Below, in pieces: positions 52,230 to 63,184 of a stretch of 64,000 nt of DNA (position 1 is the stretch's first letter; each line of letters starts with the position of its first letter). Below the pieces are notes generated by a model that saw nothing but the letters and a program-made list of their open reading frames with translations, was not told the DNA's origin and made no database searches. The position numbers were made by a program, and so were the translations under genes. This DNA is from Eledone cirrhosa (lineage: Eukaryota), in contig OZ024742.1 in the NCBI GenBank assembly GCA_964016885.1, forward strand, positions 140,988,001 to 141,052,000. The letters run 5' to 3'.

Positions 52230-54590
52230 AGAGAATCCTACTAGATAAAATGAACCCAGACCACACTGGAAAGTGGTTAGTGATAGAAAGAGCATCCAGC
52301 TAAAAAAAAAACACAAATACAATTAAAAAAAAACCTAATTGTGTATACAGTACTATACCATGTTATGGCTGTGCACAGTAATTGTATGGTTATGTGAAAA
52401 CCTCAGGTCATGTATGAGAACCTTTCAACCATCATCAGCTGATCATACACACTCTTTCAGGTGCAGAAAACAGACTTCAAATGACACTACAGGACATTTA
52501 CCACTTTTTGTAAGATAAAAGACTTCAGAGCTGCCACTACGAAGGTTGGTACAATGAAAGTTAGATCTGGAAAGATTGTAGCATTACTACTGCAGATGTG
52601 TGCTATATACAAGAGATGAGAAGGAGCCTGAGTTAAACTCCTCATAGGTGAACAACACAGTAACAAATTTTTGGGGGTAGATACTAATTTGGGGATAGGA
52701 GGAATAGGCAGATTGTTGGCAGAGAAATGGATAAAGTAATTGAGGTAATCAGAATAGTTAAACAGAGATTAGTCATAGGCACCAAATGGCAACAGCTATC
52801 TCTGTTTATATACCACAATGAAGATTGGTAGATGAACAAAATAACATTTTTAAGAGATCTTCTTGCAGACCAACCCAATAACAAAGAGAGTGACTTCATT
52901 ATCATGGCTAGTACCTTTAATATGTTGGACAATACTCTGATGGCCACTCTAGAGCACACATTGTGGCTGTGGATATAGTAAAATGAATGAAGAGGGATTA
53001 AAAATCCTGCTGTTCTGCGTCATAAGTGACCTAACCTTTTGCAACACCAATCTCAGAAAACCAACCACTTAACGGCGTACCTATAAGATGAACACACAAG
53101 CCAGACAGACTTCAGGAAACAGAAAAGAGAGACTGCTGTAAATACTAAGGCTTTCCTTGTGGAAGAATATACCACTCGAAAATGGCTAGGAATTAGTAAC
53201 TTCAGAGTAAGAGCTAAGATTCAGAGAAACAAGACAATCTGGAAAAGGAAGCTAAAAGATCTCTCTGCTAAATATAGGTTCAGAGAGGTTTTATGTGATG
53301 AGCAAAATGAGGAGTAAAAGATAGAGACCTATAACATAAAGGACAACTGGAGCTTCTATGAGAACCTGTTGTGGGCCATGAACAGAGCAAGATACCGGCC
53401 AGGCAACAGTGGTACAATAACACTGTAGATAGAGCCATAAATGTTAAGTGATGGGTTTGGAATGACTAGAAAAAAGAGGGCAACAAAGAACCATGTCCAG
53501 TAGCTAAAAGAGAAGGCAGACATCAAGTTTACATAGCAAAAGCAGAAAGTAAGATACATAGCAAAAGTAGAAAGTAAGATACATAGCAAAAGTAGAAAGT
53601 AAGATACATAGCAAAAGCAGAAAGTAAGATACATAGCAAAAGCAGAAAGTAAGATACATAGCAAAAGTAGAAAGTAAGATACATAGCAAAAGCAGAAAGT
53701 TCTGGATTGCAAAGTGGTGTGTCAGTGTGAATGAAGATGTTGGGGGAAAATGTGATCAGAATGAGGCTGAGAAGAAAGAGGCTTGCTGGATGTAGAAAAT
53801 GTGTGTGGGGAACAGGGACTATCCTAAGCAGAACTGATAAAGGGATCAGCTATTGAAGTTGGCCATGAAGAATATGAAAGTAGGGAAAGCTGTCACTGAG
53901 ATGCTAAAATTATCTAGCAAAGTAGTGCTAGTTACTTATTGTCAATGATGTGCTGCAGGGAGAGACTATAATCAATGATTGGTAACAGTATGATCATCTG
54001 TTACAAGGGCAAATAACATATTCTAAAAAGAAGCAACTACAGAAGTATCAAACTGGTGGGCCAAGTTATTAAAGTAAATGATGAAAAATAGAATTAGCTT
54101 AGATGAGATGCAGTTTGGGTTTGTACCAGTGTACCACTAATGGACTATTCCTAGTGAGATAACAGCAAGATATTCTTAGTTAATAGCAAGCCACTCTAAC
54201 TAGTATTCATTGGTTTAAATAATGCTTTTGACAGAGTTTTACACTCTGCAGTCTGGATGTCTTTAAGATGTGTGAAATGTGAGAGATGTGCAAGCCATGG
54301 ACAGAGATGCTGTTAGCAAATTGAGAATTTACAATGATTTCAGTGAGGAATTTATTGTTTGTCATCAAGGCTCAGTTCTCAGTTTACACTTGTTTATTAT
54401 AATACTTGAAACCATAACAAATGAGTTAAAGACTGGCTACCTATGGGAACTCTTATATGCCAATAACCTATTACTTATAGTTGAAACTGTGAAAGATTTA
54501 GAGAAGAAATTCCAAACATTGAAATAAAAAAGTTTTAGTAAGTAGAAAAGAAGACAAGATCCTGTTGGCATCAGGCAAATTGCCATGCTG
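52230..54590 (+). mobile_element. Old, highly degenerate near full-length RTE LINE
   Basis: 5' UTR module at ~52261-52300, then colinear remnants of APE and RT ([25 protein letters not shown]). Confidence 0.8.
53531..53700 (+). repeat. 25-bp minisatellite (acatagcaaaagYagaaagtaagat) x ~6.8
   Basis: Direct inspection; lies within the degenerate RTE. Confidence 0.95.
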
Positions 54591-55564
54591 GCAGAAGCTC
54601 ATTTCACAACTACATAGTTTTAGGTTCCATTCTACTGCATGACAAATATTAATCTGAGTTCAAAATTTGAAGTATTTTCTTTATTAAAAATATAATATGC
54701 ACATGCTATTAAGCATTCATTCTTATAACAATCTGAGAGGGAAGTAATAATGGGATGGGGGGTCCATGACAAAATCCATTTAAATAAAAAGGGGTCTTTG
54801 GTAGTGAAAAGGTTGAGAACCAAAGCTCTATCCCTTCTATGTAATATATCGATGTAGAAAAGATAGAAACAAGATAACAGGTCTAAGGGTGGTGGTTTTG
54901 AAATTAAATATAAAAGAGTTAGTGAGATTAAAAACACAAAAGAAAGTACCAACATTTTATTATCATACTGTCATTAACCCTTTAGCATTTACATTACTCT
55001 ATATGTACTATTGTATTTTCACGGTAAACACTGTTTCTGACATAATTATCTCGCATAATATCGAATATACAAGATTTTGATATTATTTATATCAAAAGAT
55101 AAATGAAAATAATAAAATCAGATGAGTTAATACTCAATATTATTTTAAATAAATCCCGCCGAGGTTGACTTTGCCTTTCATCCTTACGAGGTCGATAAAA
55201 TAAAGTACCAGTAATGCACTGGGTAATTGCTGGCCTTGTGCCTAAAGTAGAAACAATTATTTTAAATAAAGCATTGAAAGTATTTTGCAACAACAATAAT
55301 AATGATTTTTTCATTAGCCACACAGGGCTCACATTAAGAAAACATTAAAGATGGCACAGGATGATACAGTGTGGGTTGTGTGTGTAAAAAAGGTTCCAAC
55401 AAAAACTAAAAACTAAACTTAAAAATAAAACAAAAGCAAATACCCCCATAAGGAGAGATCTCTGAGGGTCACTCATGTTGAAAGCCCACAAAAGCCACAG
55501 TCGCCCTGATCGCTAGGGCAAGTGCCCTCTCCAAGTTGTCCTCCTCCAATTTACAGGCACACAC

Positions 55565-56019
55565 TCATGTATACGAACAGCAATGTTACATGGTAGTGAG
55601 ACCTGGGCACTGTTTGTAGAAGACTTGTGCAGATTAGAAAGAAACAAAGCTTGCATGCTCCGATGGATGTGTAATAGTAATATACGTGAACGGCAAAGCA
55701 TAAACAAACAGAGAGAGACTGAGCATAAAAGGAATCAAATGCTGTGTGCAAGAGAGGAGGTTGCATTGATATGGACATGTGATGCGTATGAAGGATGACA
55801 GCTGCATAAAAAGGTGCAGAGCACTAGAAGTCGATGGAAGCTGCGGAGTGGGGAGACTCAAGAAGACCTGGGATGAGGTGATAAAAGCCAACCTTACCCA
55901 ATTGCACCTCTCAAGGGCGATGACACACAACCGTGACCTCTGGTGTCATGCAGTAAAACAGAAGACCCAACTTCCCCCGGGAACAAGCTGAAGCATATAG
56001 ACAATATGATGATGATGAC
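55565..56019 (+). mobile_element. Older RTE family B-like 3' end without the added 3' module
   Basis: Homologous to 17318-17762 but ends aagcatatagacaata(tga)n directly. Confidence 0.88.
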
Positions 56020-56490
56020 ACTCAGAGCAAGCCCATTCACTCAGACCATACTCGCCACACTCACCCACCTTCCAACAAACTGGTTGGAAGGTAGCATTTC
56101 CCTCTCTACTCTGATTTTCCTCTTCAAGTGAAACCTGAAAAAGTTAATCAGGGCTGTACTGAAGAGGAAAGTGCTTATCTTCAACCCTTTCAAATGTTTC
56201 CACTACATGAACTCTTTTGCCATGGCCACCAGACAGATAAAAAGTGTCTGTCCTTCCTGGCTAAAGGAAGGCAGTGGGATGATCTTCATAATGGATTCAG
56301 CTGAGAGCTGGATCTACTCTACACGTGACTGCAGGTGTTCGACATAAACCCACAAGTCAAAAATACTCTGACACTTGATAAGTGCATGCAGTACGATTTC
56401 CTTGCCCTGCACGCATCTCAGATGTATGTGGCTGACAGCACTTTCATGTCTGTTGAGTTTATCTCAAATTGGTAATGTTCCCCAGTAGCA
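56020..56490 (-). mobile_element. Tx1-like LINE C-terminal remnant
   Basis: Homologous to 57780-57995; zinc-knuckle-like LRCVQGKEIVLHALIKC on the minus strand. Confidence 0.6.
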
Positions 56491-56744
56491 CTGCCAGGCC
56501 AAGGATTTTTGGAAGTTATCCATGGGCCCTGAACCATAATAATAAAATATGATTTCTGATTTAGGCAAAAGGTCAGCAATTTTAGGGGAGAGAAAAGTCG
56601 ATTAAATCGACTCCAGTGCGTGACGAATACTTTATTTTAACCCCGTAAGAATGAAAGGCAAGGCTAACCCCAGCATGATTTGAACTCAGAATGTAAAGGG
56701 CCATAACTTAATGCCAAAAAGCTTGTCTGACACTCTAACAATTA

Positions 56745-57238
56745 GAAAGGGTTGTTGAAAACGAACGATATAAGATCTTGTGGGACATGATCATCTAGTG
56801 TAACCATTTTATTGTGGCTAGAAAACCTGACATTGTTGTCATAGGATAGAAAAACAAGTTAATTATTGATACAGCTTCGTTGTGGGACCACAGGGTGAAT
56901 GAGAAGGAAAGTAAATAGGCTGATAAATATCAGGAGTTGAAGAGAGAAATCAGGAAACTATGGAGAATAAGACACTTAGAAGCATTACCGATTATGGTTG
57001 GTGCACTGGGGACAGTTAGTAAAAGGTTGGATGCATGGCTTGAGAAGCTAAGAATTACCATCAGGATAGGATTGTTGTAGAAAACAGCCTTGCTAGGAAC
57101 AGCAAGCATTCTAAAAGGGTGTTAGAAAGTTGAAAAAGGAATGACCCAAAGGACCTTTGGCCATTGGCTATGGCCCACTCCTTTGGTATAGTGTTGGTAT
57201 AACATCTGCCACAGCAAAAGCGTTACGAATAATAATAA
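56745..57238 (+). mobile_element. R4/Dong-clade LINE 3' end (restriction-like endonuclease), (AAT)n tail
   Basis: ENERYKILWD..ARKPDIVVI..LIID..KYQELKREIRKLW..PIMVGALGTV..KTALLGTA.IL; ends in aataataat. Confidence 0.85.
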
Positions 57239-57559
57239 TTGTTTCTACTTTTTGGCACAAGGCCAGCAATTATCCCAGTGTATTACTGGTACTTTATTTT
57301 ATTGACCCTGTAAGGATGACAAGCAAAGTTAAACCTTGGTGGGATTTAAACTCAGACCATAAAGGGCCGTAATTCTTTGCTGCAAAGCATGGCATCCGAC
57401 CATCTACCAATACTGATAGGGACAAGGCCAGCAATTGCATTAATGGTGCTTTATTTTATCGACCTCGTAAGGATGAAAGGCAAAGCTAACCAAGCGGGAT
57501 TTGAACTCGGAACTTAAAGGGCCGTAACTCTATGCCGCGAAGCATGCTGTTTCATAACG

Positions 57560-57995
57560 ATAATTGTTTCATTTATTGGCCACAAGGGCTGACATATAGG
57601 AGACAATACAAAGACAGGGACAGTGGGGGTTTACAATAAAATCGAGCAAAAAATCAAATTAACAAAATAAATTCCCCAATAGGGAGGAAAACCACGAGGC
57701 GTGATTCAAGTACCCGACCAATCCTGAACCACCCGACGCTTCGAGGGCATCTTTTTCTCCTCAAACTAAACAGCCTACAGACATGTTCAGAGTAGGCCTA
57801 TCCACACGGGCCATTCTCGCCACATTCACCCACCTTTTAGCAAATGTACTGGGGGGGCAGCACTTCTCTCTCCACCCTCACTTTCCTTTCCAAGTGAAAC
57901 TTGAAAATGTTGATGAGGGATTGGCCGAAGAGAAAAGTGTCTGTCTTCAGTCCTTTCAATTTGGTCCACCACACAACCTCTTTCGCTACCGCCAC
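57560..57995 (-). mobile_element. Tx1-like LINE 3' end (ORF end + 3' UTR)
   Basis: KEVVWWTKLKGLKTDTFL.GQSLINIFKFHLERKVRVER.. followed by a UTR ending gccaataaatgaaacaattat. Confidence 0.65.
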
Positions 57996-58286
57996 CAATA
58001 ATAATAATGTCATTGTCATATGTGTTTGTTTTACAAATTATGAATTATAAAGTAAAAGTACGTGCGTTTGTTTGTTTTTTTAACATAGGGGAAATAACTT
58101 ACAGCAGATTATTTTTCGACCATAAACTAAAAGTTGTATAAATAACATGACGAATTGTTCACAATTCTTTCAGAATGAAAATATAAACACACATAATAAA
58201 TACAATTAACTATTGCTAGGAACCTCACAAATATAACGCACCAAAATATACGACCAGAGCGAGAGAAAAAAAAAAAAAAGGGAAAC

Positions 58287-58727
58287 AAAAACGACCATCA
58301 ATTCACCACCAAGTGCGACAATCCGCCGCACACCACAAGTGTCAAAGGAAATTTTTGAGGCAAGCCAATAGGCTCGCAGCATTACCACGGGTGAAGGCGA
58401 GGCTTAGGCGCAGAAACAACCAGGCACCCTCACGGGAATCACCTAAAAGTGACAAGTGGAGCCTGTAGGTCTTGACTCCTGTGATAGTAGATACCTGGCC
58501 AGGATAACCCGTTTTGCGTTTGAGTGGTCAAGTTAACTCATCTTGGGTGCCATGTGTTGTAACACTTTCTTTGATACCAACTTTATCGCGATGCATTAAC
58601 AGACAGATTCCGTTTTGTGCCGGTTACTGTTGAGACTTCCGGTACCCTCTGGATGAGCGGGCATCGTGCTCGAGAAGAGAACACCGTGAGATGGAATGGT
58701 GCAGTTGAGATAAGCTGTTCAACCGAG
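58287..58727 (-). ncRNA. Candidate novel structured ~435-nt RNA (Pol III type-3-like gene)
   Basis: Unique, GC-balanced, no long ORF. Many nested helices whose non-Watson-Crick pairs are mostly G-U on the minus strand (A-C on plus). Upstream TATA and PSE-like box; T5 at 58291-58287 followed by a longer T run. Confidence 0.55.
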
Positions 58728-58750
58728 TGTGCACCACTAACATTTGGTAA

Positions 58751-58791
58751 ATTTATAGAAAAACACCCCCACCGATTTCAGTGAGGAATAA
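58751..58791 (-). promoter_or_regulatory. PSE-like element (58791-58771) + TATA box (58758-58751)
   Basis: TTATTCCTCACTGAAATCGGT, a 12-bp spacer, then CTATAAAT. This resembles the 21-bp PSEA / 12-bp / TATA geometry of Drosophila U6 promoters. Confidence 0.5.
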
Positions 58792-58924
58792 TTTTTTCCT
58801 AATCTTTTTTTTTTTTTTTTTTAAGCGCTATCAATTAAACTTACCTTATAATATACTGGACCCCCCACCCCTGAGTTTTCTTTACCATTTTTCCCCTCGG
58901 TTTCTTCGGGTGCTTCCATTTAAA

Positions 58925-59222
58925 ATAAGCACCGAACATGCCGCAAAGGACTTTTCCCCCGGAAAACGGAGAATGAAGGGGCCATCAGACCTGCACTCCT
59001 CCCGGAGCTTTCTTTACTCCCTAATTCTAACAGGAAAAGGGGGTGAAAAGCCCGAGGGTACCCCTCCTTTTTCCGGAGGAAAAAGTCCTTTGTAGCATGT
59101 TTGGAGGTAAGATTAGTTAGTAACATACGAAAGAAAAAAAAAGGCAATGAAAAGTCCGAGCACCTTTTTTCCGGAAAAATGTCCTTTGCAGCATGTTCGG
59201 TGTTAAGATTAGTTGGTAACGC
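58925..59222. promoter_or_regulatory. Three-copy distal element (ttccgga..aaa.gtcctttgYRgcatgttYgg), first copy inverted
   Basis: Copies at ~58929-58966 (inverted), ~59069-59123 and ~59166-59221. Contains CCGGAA (ETS-like) and ccRaacATGC (SPH/ZNF143-like) cores. Confidence 0.5.
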
Positions 59223-59359
59223 ACGAAAAAAAAAAAATACACAGAGGAGAATAAATGGTAAAAAAAACTCGGGAAAGGGAGAATCCGAGACATCTTCCTT
59301 TTCTGGAAAATTTAATTGATAGCACACGAAATAAAAAAAAAAAATTTCCTACTGAAATG

Positions 59360-59730
59360 TGCTTTACCGAGAAAAAAAAAAAGGAAAAGAAAGAGAAAAG
59401 CGAGTCGAAGCGACAGACTGCACACCCCAGTCCAAGCGAAATGCTTCAGCTGCGCCCCGCAGACAAAATGGCGAAGTAACTGATGCGTAGAATAGCCAGT
59501 GACATTCGCTGCAGCAACCACCCTACCTCACCGAGCACCTACCCGAAAAAAAAAAAAATGTTTTAAGACAATGGTACATGGGAGATAACTCTTGAAGCTT
59601 AAACTTGAAAAACAAGCGACGCGTTACAGAGTCCGGATAGAATATCATCATCGCTTGACGCCGTTTTCCCCTGCAACAAAGTAGTAGTGTTTAAATACAA
59701 ACACACAATTGTCTGCGCCCGTGCATGTGT
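59360..59730. promoter_or_regulatory. CpG-rich Pol II promoter/first-exon region with YY1-type motif
   Basis: Local CpG enrichment in a CpG-poor window. CAAAATGGCG at 59464-59473. Minus-strand donor-like sites at 59367 (cg|gtaaag) and ~59525-59545. Confidence 0.45.
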
Positions 59731-59968
59731 ACATACATGCATACACTCACATACATACATACATACAATTATGTGTGTGTATGTATGGTCAGCGAATATA
59801 ATGGATATGCGAAGCCTAGAAATATAAATAAACGAAATGAATTATAACCCGTTGACTTGTACTTCATAATTATAAATATACTCCGGAGTAAACACACCAC
59901 TTGTGTACTTCGTCGAGTGCTCTACCCTGTATACTAAAGTATCGGTGATAAACTAACGCCTACTCTAA

Positions 59969-60160
59969 TTAATTGTTTCTACTTTAGGCACAAGGCCAGC
60001 AATTATGCCCGTGCATTACTGGTACTTTATTTTATCGACCCCGTAAGGGTGAAAGGCAAAGTTAACCTCGGCGGGATTTGAACTCAGATCGTAAAGGGAC
60101 GTAACTATGCTGGAAAGCATGGCGTCCGACCCTCTACCGATACTGCCAATCCGCCGCTAC
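59969..60160 (-). mobile_element. Young tRNA-derived SINE with Meta-like central domain (other copies: 27580-27700 -, 30420-30525 +, 55150-55260 +, 56545-56740 -, 57235-57550 -, 18047-18135 +)
   Basis: Head ggcggattggcagtatcggtagag, B box gagttcaaatccc, centre ttgcctttca.ccttacggggtcgataaaataaagtaccag. Flanked by the direct repeat ctactctaattaatt (TSD-like; 59960-59974 and 60157-60171). Confidence 0.85.
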
Positions 60161-60784
60161 TCTAATTAATTATATATAGAAAGGAGGACGGCCGATTGAA
60201 CAGGGATTTCCAGGATAGAAATAGGTAGTAACTTAACCGCTACCATGCTCGTCGATCTCCATCGATCAATCCATCCTCTGAAACGATCGTAAAACAAATT
60301 AACTATCTACCTACACCTGACTTCTGTTTTTTTTAATTATTCTATGCACAAACACACACACATGTATACATGTGAGTCCCGGGTTCAATCGGGGGTAACC
60401 ACAGTAAGTGAAGTACTCAATACATTAGTAGAGTATATACAAAATTTAATATAGAAATGGCTTGTACAGGACTAGAATTGTTTCATTCGAAAGAAATTTA
60501 CATACAAAATATACTCCCCCTTCAGTCAACCAGTGTTCCATGTAATGATCAACCTCTTCTTTTCTAGCATATTATATCCCGGGCTTGGTTAATCAATATA
60601 TTCACATATATTTAGGCATCATGAAATTTGAAGAATATTTGGCTGCTGTTTTTACCAGGTCAAGCAACTATATAGACATTCTATAGTTGGCACATGGGGT
60701 TTTGTCATAGTCTCAAGTGGCTAAAACCATGCTTGGATATACACTAGCAGAGATAATTACAGAGAAACAGTAACTGTAAATCTC

Positions 60785-61222
60785 TGACTAAATCTACCTT
60801 ACCCATCACCACAATCTACCTTACACTTCTCAACAGTGGCCACCACCACCAGTACCTTACCCACCATCTACCTTACCCACCATCATCACCAGAATCTACC
60901 TTACCCAACATCACCTGAATCTACTTTATCCACCACCATCACCAGAGTCTACCTTAGTCAATTTCACCAGAATTTACTTTGCCCACCACCACTATCAGAA
61001 TCTACTTTACCCATCTCTGCAGTGCCCACTACCACCATAATCTACTTTACCCACCACCACCATATTTTACCTTTCCCCCTCCACAGAGGCCACCACCACC
61101 ATAATCAACCTTACACACCAAAAACAATGACCACCACCTCCAGAATCTATCTTCCTCACCTCTACAATGGCCACCATCATCAGAATCCACCTTACCCACT
61201 TTTAGGGGCCACCATTAGAATT
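60785..61222 (+). repeat. Degenerate ~25-30-bp minisatellite (caccaccatcaccagaatctaccttacc-like)
   Basis: Recurrent aatctacYtta and caccacc units. Confidence 0.8.
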
Positions 61223-62060
61223 TAGCCCCCACTCTCATTCCAATGAAGATGGCTGCCACTAGAATATTTAGCAAGATGAAGGGCATCCAGCCATAGAAAC
61301 CATGCTGAAACTGGAATGCATATAAGCGAGATGTAGCTCCTGACCCATCTAGAAGAACAATAGCCCCAATTAAATACTGACTTGGTCTGTAACAACCCAT
61401 TGAACTTATGCTAGCTTGGAAAAGCGGATATAAATTTATGATAGTGATTGTGATAACAATGGTGGTAATGGAAACTCATTGTGTGTCTGTACTGACATAC
61501 ATGTCATAAGTTTGCCATCGTAGGACTAAACAGGAGAGAGTACATTTTCAGACTGTTATAATGCACCTTATAATTAACCACTTGCATGTTAAAACATGCA
61601 ATATGGTCCACAACTATTTTTTTATTTAATCAATTTAAACATCAGAATAGAGCTAGTAAGCCATAACAGAAGAGGATAGGTATTTAATACCTCCTATAAT
61701 TAAGAAACAAAAAGAAGAGAAAGACAAAGAAAAAAAAAGAAAAGAATGAGAAGGAAAAAAGGAGGTTAAAAGGAGCAAAAATATGAAAAAATGTGAAGAA
61801 CAAGGACACCCATAAAGCAGCTAAATGTTTCTGTTGTTAAATCTTGTTTATGGTTGGAGTACCCTTGGCAATGTATTGCACCTTCGATCTTAGATTTTTT
61901 AAAGACCAGACTGGTAGTTTTTTTACATTGGAATAAATAGTGCCATAATGTTTCTGGATAGTCTCCACATGAACATGAGACGATTCTAAGTAGAATAATA
62001 GCTCTGTGGGTAGCATCTAACAGTTAAACTAACTACCTTACATAAAGTAAGTTTGTCCCC

Positions 62061-62248
62061 GGTGGATTGGCAGTATCGGTAGAGGGTTGGACGCCATGCT
62101 TTCCAGCATAGTTACGTCCCTTTACGATCTGAGTTCAAATCCCGCCGAGGTTGACTTTGCCTTTCATCCTTACGGGGTCGATAAAATAAAGTACCAGTAA
62201 TGAACTGGGTAATTGCTGGCCTTGTGCCTAAAGTAGAAACAATTATTA
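62061..62248 (+). mobile_element. Young tRNA-derived Meta-like SINE, full length
   Basis: Near-identical inverted copy of 59969-60160. Confidence 0.88.
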
Positions 62249-63078
62249 GGCTATAGCTTAACTTGGCTTCCTTGTGATTTCTAGGTCTGCTAAATAGATA
62301 GAATGCCAATCCATCAAAGCGTTAACAACCCAGCTGCAGCTGGTGCTCATTTTTACCAGCTCACTGGATGGGAGCAAAGTAAAATAAAGTGTCTTTCTCA
62401 AGGATGTAGTGTACTACTTGATCTGGTATTCAAACTTATAACATTAAGATCCTGAGCCCAACACCCTAACCAGTAGGCCACACACTATTATCTTGCATAC
62501 TATGAGTCTACATCACCAGAATAGAGTTGCAAACTACATAACAAAAACAATAATGCCTACATATACTACTTACATTATTATGTTTCACTAACTTCAAATG
62601 TTTTCTAATGAAGTAAAAGGAAAGTTATGAAAGGGAAACAGGAAATTACCTTATAAAAAATTAAAAATTTGATATTTAGAATTTGTATGACAGTTAACAA
62701 AAAGTGTATATATTTTCTCATAAAATTGGATCACTGCTAATTAAGATAATAGAAACTAAAGTTCCTCACAGGCAACAAAATAGTATCTATTGTATTAAAG
62801 CTGTAGTACATATGTAAAAGTCTGTCATGCTAGAAATGGAATGGTAAGGGTGCGTGTGAAAAAGAAAGAAAACAAATGGTGCAGCTGAATTTTTTAGAAC
62901 CTCTACTGTAACAACTCTTCATGGAAAGGGGGTGGTAAGAGTGTGTTTGTGAGATAGAGAGAGGAATTTTAAGAAAAATATTGTTCATCTTCAAATTATA
63001 CATGAGTAAAATATTCCATTTTTAGTAGTTTCAGTCATTTATTAAAGTTATTTGATTTATTTTGTGTTGTATATAAGC

Positions 63079-63184
63079 AATTAAATACTGTGTATATTAT
63101 TTGTGTATGTATATATATAAGTTATATATATATATATATAACTTATATATATACATACACAAATAATATACACAGTATTTAATT
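63079..63184. repeat. Perfect 106-bp palindrome centred on (TA)n
   Basis: Both 53-bp arms read aattaaatactgtgtatattatttgtgtatgtatatatataagttatatatat. Confidence 0.92.

Noticed and set aside
53531-53700. CRISPR-like array
   Set aside because: Contiguous tandem units without spacers, in eukaryotic DNA.
58340-58410. Plus-strand snRNA (Sm-like AAATTTTTGA; U1-like GGCGAGGCTTA)
   Set aside because: Order and context do not match U1/U4/U5, and stems have A-C mismatches on the plus strand.
60836-61225. 129-aa His/Pro/Thr-rich ORF
   Set aside because: Translation of a degenerate minisatellite, with a GTG start.
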